Positions 1-8,336 of a DNA stretch of 27,348 nucleotides are shown piece by piece; the stretch's first letter is position 1, and each line of letters begins with the position of its first letter. The stretch is from a virus. Its lineage: Duplodnaviria > Caudoviricetes. The stretch is from IMG/VR virus record IMGVR_UViG_3300030451_003083, positions 1 through 27,348 of that record; one strand, given 5' to 3'. The position numbers and the translations under genes are program-made. Under the pieces are notes generated by a model, which was not told where the DNA came from, did no database searches, and was given only the letters and a program-made list of their open reading frames with translations.

Positions 1-2
1 TA

Positions 3-128
3 CAAAGTTTAGCCGACGCTAGAAATCAGTGGGCAGATTTTAGAACCGTGATAGAGATAATGAATAACAAAGAGCATCTAACATTAGATGGCTTGGATAG
101 AATATTAATGATTAAGGGTTTGATTTAA
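3..128 (+). CDS. C-terminal fragment of a LAGLIDADG-like homing endonuclease/DNA-binding protein (5' truncated by window)
   Basis: Open frame from base 3 reads QSLADARNQWADFRTVIEIMNNKEHLTLDGLDRILMIKGLI*. The TAA at 126-128 overlaps the next ATG. 'F..v.eiM.nKeHLT.eGl..I..iK' resembles the C-terminal signature of LAGLIDADG endonucleases. Confidence 0.55.
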   Translation, partial: QSLADARNQWADFRTVIEIMNNKEHLTLDGLDRILMIKGLI

Positions 129-976
129 TGGGACTTAAAGATATAAATAAAGATAGAACAATAGTAATTACCGGAAAACATGGTAGCGGTAAATCTACTA
201 TGGCAAAGGAGATGTTTGAAGATGCTATTATCTACTACGCTAATGATATGGAAATACATGATGTCTTTTCACTACCAAAAGAAAGAGGAATAATTATTGA
301 AGATATTCACTACAAGCCAAAGACAGATGAGATTCTAAATGTTCTCAGAAACTATGGCGGTACTGTAGTAATGACTTCTCTAAATCAAAAAGATGTTCCT
401 TCTTCTATCAAGAATATGGTGAAGTTCAAGAGAGCAGGTAAAACCAAATATCTCAGAGATGAGATTAAGGAATTAGCACCTAGATGTGAAGAACCATTCT
501 CTAATGAGAGAGATATGTTTTCTTTGATTATGGAATATCTAAAGAATAGTGATAGAGACTTAGTAGTAGATTTACTGAAGTTTAACAAACCTGCGGATAC
601 TCAAATTATGACTTGGTTAATTGAGAATATTCATCCAAACAAAATACTGTTTGTAGATGGAGTTGTTAAGAGAAGATGGAGTCAAAGATACTTCTATGAG
701 ATGTTAGGATATTCTTACAATGGTAAGAATTATTCAAGACCATCTTTTCCAAAGAGAGGTTCTTATTCTAAGATACCATATCTTTGTAGAAGATTAAAAG
801 TTAGAGATGAAAGATTGCTTAGGCAATTATTGAAAGATGAAGAGTTCGCTAATTGGGCGAGAACTAAACTAAATAATTCTGAATGTAGATTATTAGGTTT
901 AGGAGAGAAGAAAAGAAAGAAAAGAAAACCGAAAATAAAAATGAATAAGTTGAGTGATTATTATGTTATGGACTGA
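128..976 (+). CDS. rfcL: Clamp-loader (RFC) large subunit-like P-loop ATPase
   Basis: Walker A GKHGSGKST and degenerate Walker B IIIEDIH. A basic linker precedes a C-terminal PIP-like motif (MNKLSDYY), as in archaeal RFC-L. Lies directly upstream of rfcS. Confidence 0.6.
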   Translation: MGLKDINKDRTIVITGKHGSGKSTMAKEMFEDAIIYYANDMEIHDVFSLPKERGIIIEDIHYKPKTDEILNVLRNYGGTVVMTSLNQKDVPSSIKNMVKFKRAGKTKYLRDEIKELAPRCEEPFSNERDMFSLIMEYLKNSDRDLVVDLLKFNKPADTQIMTWLIENIHPNKILFVDGVVKRRWSQRYFYEMLGYSYNGKNYSRPSFPKRGSYSKIPYLCRRLKVRDERLLRQLLKDEEFANWARTKLNNSECRLLGLGEKKRKKRKPKIKMNKLSDYYVMD

Positions 977-1874
977 AAAATATAGACCGGAATTATTGCA
1001 TGAAATAAAGGGACAAGAGCATTTTGTAATGGATGCCGAGAATTGGGTAGAGTTACAAAACATGCCCAATGTATTATTTTATGGAGTAAGCGGAACAGGA
1101 AAAACTGCGGCAGGATTAGCCCTAACTAGAAGTATTCTAGGAGAAGACGCTTTGGATAACTTCTTTGAGATTAATGCTTCTGACGATAGAAAGTTGGAAA
1201 CGGTTAGAACTAAAATTAAGGAGATTGCTCAGAGTGGTGGATTGGGTCAAGTTCCATTCAGAATCATCCTATTGGATGAAATGGATGGAATGACTACAGA
1301 TGCACAAAATGCTCTCAAGAGAATAATGGAAAGATACTCTAACAATGTTAGATTTATTATTACTTGCAATGATAGGAGTAAGATTATTTTCGCCCTACAA
1401 AGTAGATGTGCAAACTACCACTTCAAACCCCTATCTTATCAAACAATCTTAGGAGTATTGAATGAGATACTTACTAAGGAAAACCATGCAGGTAGGTTCC
1501 CCGAAACGGAAATGTTAGCCTTTATTAAGGCATATGAGGGTGATTTAAGGAGGACAATTACCGAACTTCAAGCGGCAGTTGCATCCAATAAACCATTAGC
1601 AATTCAAGTGCAATCGGGACTACAAGAATATGAAAATATGTTAAATGAAATAATCAATAAAAATACGAATGTCTTAACCCAATTACACAATCTTCTTTAC
1701 GATGGCAAAACCATCAAAGATATCTGTTTGGGCTTACATGATGTTGTAGTCAATGCAGAATTAGATAACAGTACCAAATACAAATTATTACGGGTGATAG
1801 GCGAAAGTGAATGGCGTTCCTCTACTATGACACCGAGAGTATTACTCTCATGGATGGTAGGGCAATTGATATGA
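963..1874 (+). CDS. rfcS: Replication factor C small subunit (clamp loader)
   Basis: MLWTEKYRP N-terminus, Walker A GVSGTGKT, EINASD, Walker B ILLDEMD, AQNALKRIME, SRC arginine finger and GDLRR sensor-2. ATG at 963 is preferred over the ORF-track start at 954. Confidence 0.95.
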   Translation: MLWTEKYRPELLHEIKGQEHFVMDAENWVELQNMPNVLFYGVSGTGKTAAGLALTRSILGEDALDNFFEINASDDRKLETVRTKIKEIAQSGGLGQVPFRIILLDEMDGMTTDAQNALKRIMERYSNNVRFIITCNDRSKIIFALQSRCANYHFKPLSYQTILGVLNEILTKENHAGRFPETEMLAFIKAYEGDLRRTITELQAAVASNKPLAIQVQSGLQEYENMLNEIINKNTNVLTQLHNLLYDGKTIKDICLGLHDVVVNAELDNSTKYKLLRVIGESEWRSSTMTPRVLLSWMVGQLI

Positions 1875-3109
1875 AAAAAACAGAGTTGAGAAACATGGAT
1901 GAAAAAATAAAAGCAGAAGTAGAACAAGGAGCAAACCTTCTAGGTCTTAGCGCAGAAGATGCTATGGCAAAATATGAAGGCATTTGTAAAGAAACAGGAA
2001 TAGAATTGTCAAGTCCTATTGGACTTGCACAGTGGAGAAGTTATGTTGCTAACGCAAGAAGGCAAAAGAATACCTCCTCCAACAGTGGTAGTAATTCTCT
2101 TTCAAAGAAGGCCTTTGGGTTCTTCGTTTCTTTGGAATCTCCTAGAGATACTATGGTATGGAATAGAAATAGAGCAAAAGAAGAGTATGCAAGAAATCCG
2201 GATGCTGCACTAGAAGCAGGATTTATTGCTACGGCAGAACAAACAGATAGTGGTTCGTGGAAAGTATTGAGAGTTCACAATGGAGAATTTCAAGAAAGAA
2301 TCGTAAAGTCACTACCGGAAGGAGCAGAAGAAGTAGATGGAAATACAATCATTCCTCTAGATTCTACTCAGAACTATCCGAGTGGCGCAGTTAACAGAAA
2401 CTATGGAAAGCCTCTTCCTGCTAATGAATTTAGAAGGACAGGAGTATTCTATGGAATGGTTGGCGACGATTCAGAAATGAAGTCTTACAACTTCTCTTAC
2501 AAGAAGAAGGGCTGCATTGACTTTGCACCAAACTGTTTTGAGTTCTTGCACATGTCTGTAATTAAGAATGATAACGGAGAAGATATCTATGGATATACTG
2601 AGGTTACTCTAAATAGCCTAGTAATGAATAGTAGTCTTGACCCCGAACATGAAGATTATAGAGATATGAACAACTACAACTTCGTAGAGGTTCTCACTGA
2701 GAACTACTCTTCTAAGATTGCAGAACTAGTTGATATTGAAAGGCAGCATACAAACAATGCTATGCTTGCAGTAAAGGAAAGATATCTAATTACTGATGGA
2801 ACAGTTTGTAATATGAACATGACTCCTTACGGAAACGGAAACAGAGTTATCAATATTACAGATTTGAATGCTGAGTTTGATTATGAAAATGGAAATAATA
2901 TGACTACATGTTGGGTTCCGGAACATATCAACATTGACTTTGGCATTGGAAGTAATGTTATCGTAATTGGAAGAACTTCCCAAAGACAAACAGAAGAAGG
3001 CCCACAACCTGTTACAATCAATGTCTCCGGATTATTGGTAGTAGAGAGAGTTGGCTCTCCTGTGGAAATCGAAACGATTGAAGAAACCGACGACGATTGG
3101 TTTAGTTGA
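1871..3109 (+). CDS. Putative OB-fold single-stranded DNA-binding protein (RPA/SSB-like)
   Basis: Beta-rich C-terminal region with an OB-like pattern (ITDGTVCNMN...NRVINITD...TTCWV...IGSNVIVIGRT) and an acidic/aromatic tail (EETDDDWFS). Sits among replication genes. Start is uncertain (1871 by ATGA overlap, or 1895). Confidence 0.6.
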   Translation: MKKTELRNMDEKIKAEVEQGANLLGLSAEDAMAKYEGICKETGIELSSPIGLAQWRSYVANARRQKNTSSNSGSNSLSKKAFGFFVSLESPRDTMVWNRNRAKEEYARNPDAALEAGFIATAEQTDSGSWKVLRVHNGEFQERIVKSLPEGAEEVDGNTIIPLDSTQNYPSGAVNRNYGKPLPANEFRRTGVFYGMVGDDSEMKSYNFSYKKKGCIDFAPNCFEFLHMSVIKNDNGEDIYGYTEVTLNSLVMNSSLDPEHEDYRDMNNYNFVEVLTENYSSKIAELVDIERQHTNNAMLAVKERYLITDGTVCNMNMTPYGNGNRVINITDLNAEFDYENGNNMTTCWVPEHINIDFGIGSNVIVIGRTSQRQTEEGPQPVTINVSGLLVVERVGSPVEIETIEETDDDWFS

Positions 3110-3110
3110 T

Positions 3111-3208
3111 ACTCCGAAGGGGTCGTTCCCTCACATCGCAAGTGTAAGTGTAAACTTGTGGAGAAAAATAGATGCTCAATTGGGTGCGAAGCCCATCTCC
3201 TTAGAGGA
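3111..3208 (+). other. Structured intergenic region (candidate cis-regulatory RNA)
   Basis: Stems CGCAAGT/ACTTGTG (3137-3160), TGGGT-GCGAA-GCCCA (3181-3195) and GGAGA/TCTCC (3160-3164/3196-3200). It is the only sizeable non-coding gap in the operon. Confidence 0.4.
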
Positions 3209-3214
3209 ATAATT

Positions 3215-3451
3215 ATGTTAATTAATGAACGATATATATTGAAAGAAGGAAGTTATCTTGCAGATATTGCAAGTGCTGACTTTATTACAATGAGAAGAAG
3301 CGAGAAGGGTGTAATGTTGAAGTTACACTTTGACACTAAAGAAATTAGATATGAATGTAAGATTCTAGAAGCAGAAGAAATCCTATCAATTTGGTCTGAG
3401 TTTAAGGGCAATAAAATTGATTTTGATTTTGTAGAATGGTTAGGTGAATAA
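3215..3451 (+). CDS. Hypothetical protein (78 aa)
   Basis: ATG at 3215 follows GAGGA. The stop lies next to the GGTGA SD of the following gene. Confidence 0.7.
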   Translation: MLINERYILKEGSYLADIASADFITMRRSEKGVMLKLHFDTKEIRYECKILEAEEILSIWSEFKGNKIDFDFVEWLGE

Positions 3452-3452
3452 A

Positions 3453-4286
3453 ATGGGATTATTAAATAATAATATGGAAAATGTAGAGAAGGATATACAA
3501 GCACAAAAGAAAAGTATCTTCGGAAAGAAGCAAGAAGAGTTCAACAATTCTTTTGCAGATTATATGAAGAAGAAAAGAGAAGCAAAGAATTCTAGAATGG
3601 TTCTAGGTATTTGGGGAGAACCTAAATGCGGAAAGACAGGAATTGCTTTGGATTTTCCCGACAGAAATATCTGTGTCCTAGATTGGGACAAGGGAGTAGA
3701 TTCTACATGGAGAGAATGGCACAATTCTTCGGAAAAGATTGATGTCTATTGCCCGATTGTTATGAACAAAGATAATGTTGTAGATATTGACAAGAGTGAT
3801 GATAACTCCCACGCCTTCGTTAGATATGTTAGACAAAAGATTGAGGAAGGAGACAATCCTATCTTTGTCTTTGATGGAGTAGATACTTGGTTCCAATCTT
3901 GTTTACTCAAAGTAAATCCAAATCCTAGAGTAGTTACTAAAGTAATGCCATACCAATATGGTGCAAGAAACAATATCTTCTATCATCTATTGGAAACTAT
4001 TTACCAACTGAACTGTGATGTAATTTATATTACTCACGAAACAGAGAAGTATCTAGATAACTCTCCTGTAGGAATGATGCCCAATTGGAAAGATTGGGGA
4101 GGAAAGTTAGAACAAGAAATCTATTGCACTAGAAAGAAAGTAAAGGGTGAAACTCACTTCGTTGCAGAACTAGTCGGTAGTAGAACTAATGGAAATTTAG
4201 TTGGTAAGTCTTGGACTGTTAGAGAAGGCAATCCTCCTAACATTAAGTGGAATGGTATTCCGGAACTACAAGAGGGTAAAATATGA
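3453..4286 (+). CDS. RecA-superfamily ATPase, Sak4/AAA_24-like recombination/annealing protein
   Basis: Walker A GIWGEPKCGKT, followed by CVLDWDKG, Walker B FVFDGVD and VIYITHE. This pattern is typical of phage Sak4/AAA_24 ATPases. Start is 3444 (GTG) or 3453 (ATG). Confidence 0.7.
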   Translation: MGLLNNNMENVEKDIQAQKKSIFGKKQEEFNNSFADYMKKKREAKNSRMVLGIWGEPKCGKTGIALDFPDRNICVLDWDKGVDSTWREWHNSSEKIDVYCPIVMNKDNVVDIDKSDDNSHAFVRYVRQKIEEGDNPIFVFDGVDTWFQSCLLKVNPNPRVVTKVMPYQYGARNNIFYHLLETIYQLNCDVIYITHETEKYLDNSPVGMMPNWKDWGGKLEQEIYCTRKKVKGETHFVAELVGSRTNGNLVGKSWTVREGNPPNIKWNGIPELQEGKI

Positions 4287-5023
4287 AATTTGAAATTGAT
4301 GCAAAAGTTCTCAGTAATGCACTTTCAGATATTCAAGGAAAGGGTAAGTATGGATTAGTGAATACTAATCTACACGATTTAGTATCCTGTTCTTTGGAAG
4401 GAGATGTATTAGAGATTTGGAATGCCAATACAACCCTTAGTCTGAATATCAATTTGCAGGTCACTAATCATAGTGATGGAGAAATTGTTTTTGATGCAAA
4501 GGAATTGCTACCTTTTCTGAAGAAGTTCAATGGAACGATTACTGTAGAGGGTGGAGATGTTCTAACTATTGCAGACGAAGAACAAAATGTTACTCTCCCT
4601 AGAATAGTATTGCATCCTAATCAGAATGCAATCTCTAGACTAAGAGGAATGTTAAACCATATTCAGTATGAAACTCCCGAAGAACTTTTTCTATTCGGGA
4701 ATGGAAAGTTCGAAGGAGCCTTTACCTTACATGCGGATTATTTTAAAGAAACAATAGATATGTGCGAACTTGTAAAGAGTGGAATCTACAGATTAGATTA
4801 CACAGGACAAGAACTTACCATCAGTTCTCAAAATACTCCGACTAATAAATACTCTAGAGAATTACCAATAGAGAATGCCATTGGAGAACCGGCCACTGTA
4901 GAGTGGTCTTCTCCACTACACAAATTTTTCAAAGGAGAAATAAACTTCTATGTAAAGGATGAGTTTCCACTTCTTCTAATTTCTGAAGACAGAAAACTAA
5001 TCTGTGCGCCACATACTAGGTGA
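4283..5023 (+). CDS. pcn: DNA sliding clamp (PCNA-like)
   Basis: 246 aa (archaeal PCNA size) with a two-domain alpha/beta pattern. It begins MKFEIDAKVL and ends FPLLL...KLICAPHTR (cf. LAPR). It lies between the clamp-loader genes and the polymerase. Confidence 0.75.
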   Translation: MKFEIDAKVLSNALSDIQGKGKYGLVNTNLHDLVSCSLEGDVLEIWNANTTLSLNINLQVTNHSDGEIVFDAKELLPFLKKFNGTITVEGGDVLTIADEEQNVTLPRIVLHPNQNAISRLRGMLNHIQYETPEELFLFGNGKFEGAFTLHADYFKETIDMCELVKSGIYRLDYTGQELTISSQNTPTNKYSRELPIENAIGEPATVEWSSPLHKFFKGEINFYVKDEFPLLLISEDRKLICAPHTR

Positions 5024-5027
5024 TGTA

Positions 5028-6767
5028 ATGATAATTGATGTAATGAATAATAATGATATATTTTTATCTTGGAGAGAAAACGGAGAAAAGAAGATTGATA
5101 TTAAATCTTTCAGACCGTATTTCTATGTCGAAGATTCACATAAAGAAATTGCATCTTACAATGTGTCAAAGTATTTGAAAAGAGATTTTGAATATGAAAG
5201 CGGAGAATGGTTTTCTTTAGAAGGAACTAAACTAAAGAAAGTCTATGTTGATGAATATAAAGATATGAAAAGAGCAAGAGAAAGATTCTCCCAAACATGG
5301 GAAGCAGATGTTCCTTATCATAGAAGATATGCAGTAGACAATCTAACCGAGTTGCCCGAATACAATATGCGTAAATGGTATTGGGATATGGAATGGCAAC
5401 AAGGTGGAGAACATGATGGTTGTATTACTACTATTGTAGCGTATGATAATTATGATGAGAAGTTTACCCAATGGGTTTGGTTTCCTAATGAATTAGAATA
5501 TGATATAGTGGATACCCCTATTGATAGAGATGAAAAACAAATAGGAAGAAGAAGGGTATTTGACGATGAAAAGAAAATGATTGAAAGTTTCATCTATCGT
5601 ATGGTTTCGGCAGACCCCGACATGTTAATTGCATGGTTTGGTCTAAAGTTCGATTTGCCAAAACTTCTAGAGAGATGTTGTGTATTAGGAATCAATCCTC
5701 TTATTATGTCTCCTGTAAAAAGAATACAGGGAATCAATTCTACAAAGGATGGTTTTTCTTTCAAGAACAAAGATGGATTCTCTCCTATCTCTCAACCGAT
5801 TGGCGGAAGACTGTGTTTGAATCTAGACCTAGCATTTGAAAGACAGTGGAATGATTCTCAAAGAGGCACATTACCTTCTCTAAGTCTAAACTATATTTCT
5901 GAAACTATCTTAGGAAGAAACAAATTAGAATCTGAGAAGTTTCCCGACCCTAACGAATTCTATCGTAGGGCTTGGTTAGAAGATACAGAAACCTATCTGA
6001 AGTATGCTATAATAGATGTAGAACTAATGGTGGAAATAGATGAAACTAATTTCTGTAGTGAAGCGATTATTGCCCTACAAAGATTACTAGCAGCACCATT
6101 CGATTCTTGTTTCTATGCAAGTCACATGGCTAGTGTTTACTTTATGAGAAATGCTTGGTGGAAAGCACCAACAGGATACAGGCCTAAGAACAAGAAATGT
6201 TCTAACTGTGGACATATCAATGATAAGTCTGCAAAAGAATGTTCTAAGTGTAAAGAATCTTTGACCTATCAAGGAGCAATGGTTTACAATCCTCTTAGTG
6301 AGAATACTAATGGATTGCATTTAGGTGTAGCGGCATTCGACTTTGCTGGACTGTATCCTTCAATGATATTGGCTCGCAATATCTCTTTTGAGACTATTAG
6401 TGATACACCCACTCCTTTTGCTGCTAATCTAGCAACACCAAAGGATTTCAGCCATACAGACAAAGAGGACATGGTTTACTTCAAGACTGATAAGTTGGGA
6501 TTGCTACCAACGGCAGTTCTAGAATTGAAAGAATTGAGGAATGAATATAAACGAAGAATGAAAGAAGCAAGGCTATCGGATGACGGAGAATATCAGAAAT
6601 GGAACAATAACCAAATGGCCGTCAAGAGATTGATGGCTTCATTCTATGGGGTGTTGGCATTTGCTGGATTTAGTTGGTCGAATGTAAAGTTAGCAGAAAG
6701 CATTACTGCAAGTGCAAGAGAAGCAATTAGAAGTGCGGCATTCAAAGCAAAGGAGATGGAAGTATGA
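5028..6767 (+). CDS. polB: Family B DNA polymerase, N-terminal subunit (N-domain, 3'-5' exonuclease, motifs A and B)
   Basis: FRPYFY and EADVPYHRRY in the N-domain; ExoI DMEW, ExoII FDLPKL, ExoIII YAIID; motif A DFAGLYPS; motif B KRLMASFYG. It ends ITASAREAI...KEMEV* just before motif C. SD GGTGA precedes ATG 5028. Confidence 0.95.
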   Translation: MIIDVMNNNDIFLSWRENGEKKIDIKSFRPYFYVEDSHKEIASYNVSKYLKRDFEYESGEWFSLEGTKLKKVYVDEYKDMKRARERFSQTWEADVPYHRRYAVDNLTELPEYNMRKWYWDMEWQQGGEHDGCITTIVAYDNYDEKFTQWVWFPNELEYDIVDTPIDRDEKQIGRRRVFDDEKKMIESFIYRMVSADPDMLIAWFGLKFDLPKLLERCCVLGINPLIMSPVKRIQGINSTKDGFSFKNKDGFSPISQPIGGRLCLNLDLAFERQWNDSQRGTLPSLSLNYISETILGRNKLESEKFPDPNEFYRRAWLEDTETYLKYAIIDVELMVEIDETNFCSEAIIALQRLLAAPFDSCFYASHMASVYFMRNAWWKAPTGYRPKNKKCSNCGHINDKSAKECSKCKESLTYQGAMVYNPLSENTNGLHLGVAAFDFAGLYPSMILARNISFETISDTPTPFAANLATPKDFSHTDKEDMVYFKTDKLGLLPTAVLELKELRNEYKRRMKEARLSDDGEYQKWNNNQMAVKRLMASFYGVLAFAGFSWSNVKLAESITASAREAIRSAAFKAKEMEV

Positions 6768-7006
6768 AAGATAAAATTAGTTCTTGGATAGATTATTTAG
6801 ATAATCTTAATTTTGTATCTAGCATTCTTGCTCTTGCTATTATTTCGGCAGTATTATTTTTTATTTGTGTTTGCTTCTATTTTTCTTTCTTAGAAAAAGA
6901 AGCGGCTAATAGAGGAATTGTAGAGGGAATTGTAGTATTTATGGTATCGCTAGTTGCCCTACCAATATTAGCAGTAACATCAATATTTTATGAGGTGAAA
7001 GAATGA
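6764..7006 (+). CDS. Small membrane protein with two predicted TM helices
   Basis: Two long hydrophobic stretches; ATGA overlap with the polB N-subunit stop. Confidence 0.65.
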   Translation: MKDKISSWIDYLDNLNFVSSILALAIISAVLFFICVCFYFSFLEKEAANRGIVEGIVVFMVSLVALPILAVTSIFYEVKE

Positions 7007-7200
7007 CATTAGAAACACATGTAGATGTAATAATTTGGCACGAAGATATGGAAACATTAGAAATAACTATGCAAGAAGTTAGAGAGATTATTGAATATAT
7101 GACTAACCGAAAGCGAAGATTCGAAGTTTCCGTTGGAAGAACTGCGGGAACAGATGAGAACGGCAACTATGTGATGGGATATCCGGAGAGAGAAGAATGA
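7003..7200 (+). CDS. Hypothetical protein (65 aa)
   Basis: SD GAGGTGA and ATGA overlaps at both ends. Confidence 0.7.
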   Translation: MTLETHVDVIIWHEDMETLEITMQEVREIIEYMTNRKRRFEVSVGRTAGTDENGNYVMGYPEREE

Positions 7201-7409
7201 ATACTTATTTCAAAAAATGGATAGAAGAAGCCTTAGTTTCAATTGAAGGTGAATTTACTGCAAAGCACATTCTAACAAGAATAGTGGACAAGCATGGCAC
7301 TAGCCCATATGTAGGAACTGTAACTGCAATCGGTTGGTATCTAACCAAACTTGACAATGTTGAACAGGTATGCAAAGGCTATTCATCTAAAACTTATAGA
7401 AAGGTGTAA
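7197..7409 (+). CDS. Small putative winged-helix DNA-binding protein (70 aa)
   Basis: Helix-FTAKHI-helix-TVTAIGWYL-beta hairpin (KTYRKV) pattern; coupled start. Confidence 0.5.
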   Translation: MNTYFKKWIEEALVSIEGEFTAKHILTRIVDKHGTSPYVGTVTAIGWYLTKLDNVEQVCKGYSSKTYRKV

Positions 7410-7412
7410 AAA

Positions 7413-7544
7413 ATGATGATGGACAAGACAAACGAATTATTAGAAGAATTGCTCGCTATGATAGCAAAGTCAAACAAGATATTGATGATGGTAAATATCG
7501 TAAACATAGCAACCATCTTAACAATAGTAACGGTGATATTATGA
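7413..7544 (+). CDS. Small protein with C-terminal TM helix (43 aa; not in ORF track)
   Basis: MMMDKTNELLEELLAMIAKSNKILMMVNIVNIATILTIVTVIL*. SD AAGGTG; the stop overlaps the next ATG. Confidence 0.65.
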   Translation: MMMDKTNELLEELLAMIAKSNKILMMVNIVNIATILTIVTVIL

Positions 7545-7711
7545 ATTTAGAAGAAGAAATAGAGAATCTTAAGCAAAGAATCAAAGGACTAGAAAAGGAC
7601 TTAGATTATCAAATAGAGCAAAACCATAACAATACAAAATTATGGAATGCAGTAGCAGAAATACAAGATGAACTCCTCAAGAAAGGATTTTGGTTTAACC
7701 ATCAGTTGTGA
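7541..7711 (+). CDS. Small coiled-coil protein (56 aa; not in ORF track)
   Basis: MNLEEEIENLKQRIKGLEKDLDYQIEQ...KGFWFNHQL* with a heptad pattern. SD GGTGA and ATGA overlap. Confidence 0.65.
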   Translation: MNLEEEIENLKQRIKGLEKDLDYQIEQNHNNTKLWNAVAEIQDELLKKGFWFNHQL

Positions 7712-7716
7712 TTAGT

Positions 7717-8001
7717 ATGAAACATGGGCTTCAATTTAATAAAAATAATACATGTAAAAGAATAATAAGAGCCTTTGAAGAAAGTGGAGAGAAGGCGTTG
7801 ACTACTCAAGAAATAGTCAATATTCTTTTTCAGCAAAGAACTAGCACAGGAAAACTGTTTACTAACAACTTTACTAGACACACTATAACTCAAACACTTA
7901 ACAAATATCCCTTCTTTACAAAAGTAGGTAGTAAAACCGTAAAGGACAGAAATACAGGCTACTCAGTAAACTGTTGGTCTATAGTAGAGGAGGAAGAGTA
8001 A
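7717..8001 (+). CDS. Putative winged-helix DNA-binding protein
   Basis: IIRAFEESGEKALTTQEIVNIL...TRHTITQTL...F.KVG...WSI resembles a wHTH pattern. Start is 7708 (GTG) or 7717 (ATG). Confidence 0.55.
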   Translation: MKHGLQFNKNNTCKRIIRAFEESGEKALTTQEIVNILFQQRTSTGKLFTNNFTRHTITQTLNKYPFFTKVGSKTVKDRNTGYSVNCWSIVEEEE

Positions 8002-8336
8002 TGCCTAGAGGTTCAATCAAGAGATTAGATTGGCCTAGTCTAAGTTTGGCTATGGATGAGATTTTCCTACAACTAGAAGTTGATGAAATATGGTTAGAGG
8101 ATTTAGTTCCTAAAGTTATTGATAGGTATCAGAAAATTTCGGGTCACAAAGTAGTTAATAGAAACTCCTATCCTATTTTCCGATTTAGAGGGGCTTTCAA
8201 TAAAGAGGCACTCTCTAAAAGGGGTTGGTATCTTAAGAGAAAGACTAGATACTTTTTTAATACTCTTAACGGTAAAAAAACAGTTTACAGAAAGGCAAGA
8301 TTAAGTAAGGCATTTAGGATTGGTGAAGAAGAATGA
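8001..8336 (+). CDS. Basic hypothetical protein, possibly nucleic-acid binding (111 aa)
   Basis: TAATG overlap at 7999-8003, SD GAGGAGG, K/R-rich C-terminal half. Confidence 0.65.
   Translation: MPRGSIKRLDWPSLSLAMDEIFLQLEVDEIWLEDLVPKVIDRYQKISGHKVVNRNSYPIFRFRGAFNKEALSKRGWYLKRKTRYFFNTLNGKKTVYRKARLSKAFRIGEEE

Noticed and set aside
908-940. Nuclear localisation signal KKRKKRKPK implying a eukaryotic host
   Set aside because: SD-led, overlapping operonic genes indicate a prokaryotic host. Basic linkers before a PIP box are normal in archaeal RFC-L.
3181-3195. tRNA gene suggested by a T-arm-like hairpin
   Set aside because: A cloverleaf with acceptor, D and anticodon arms cannot be built around it.
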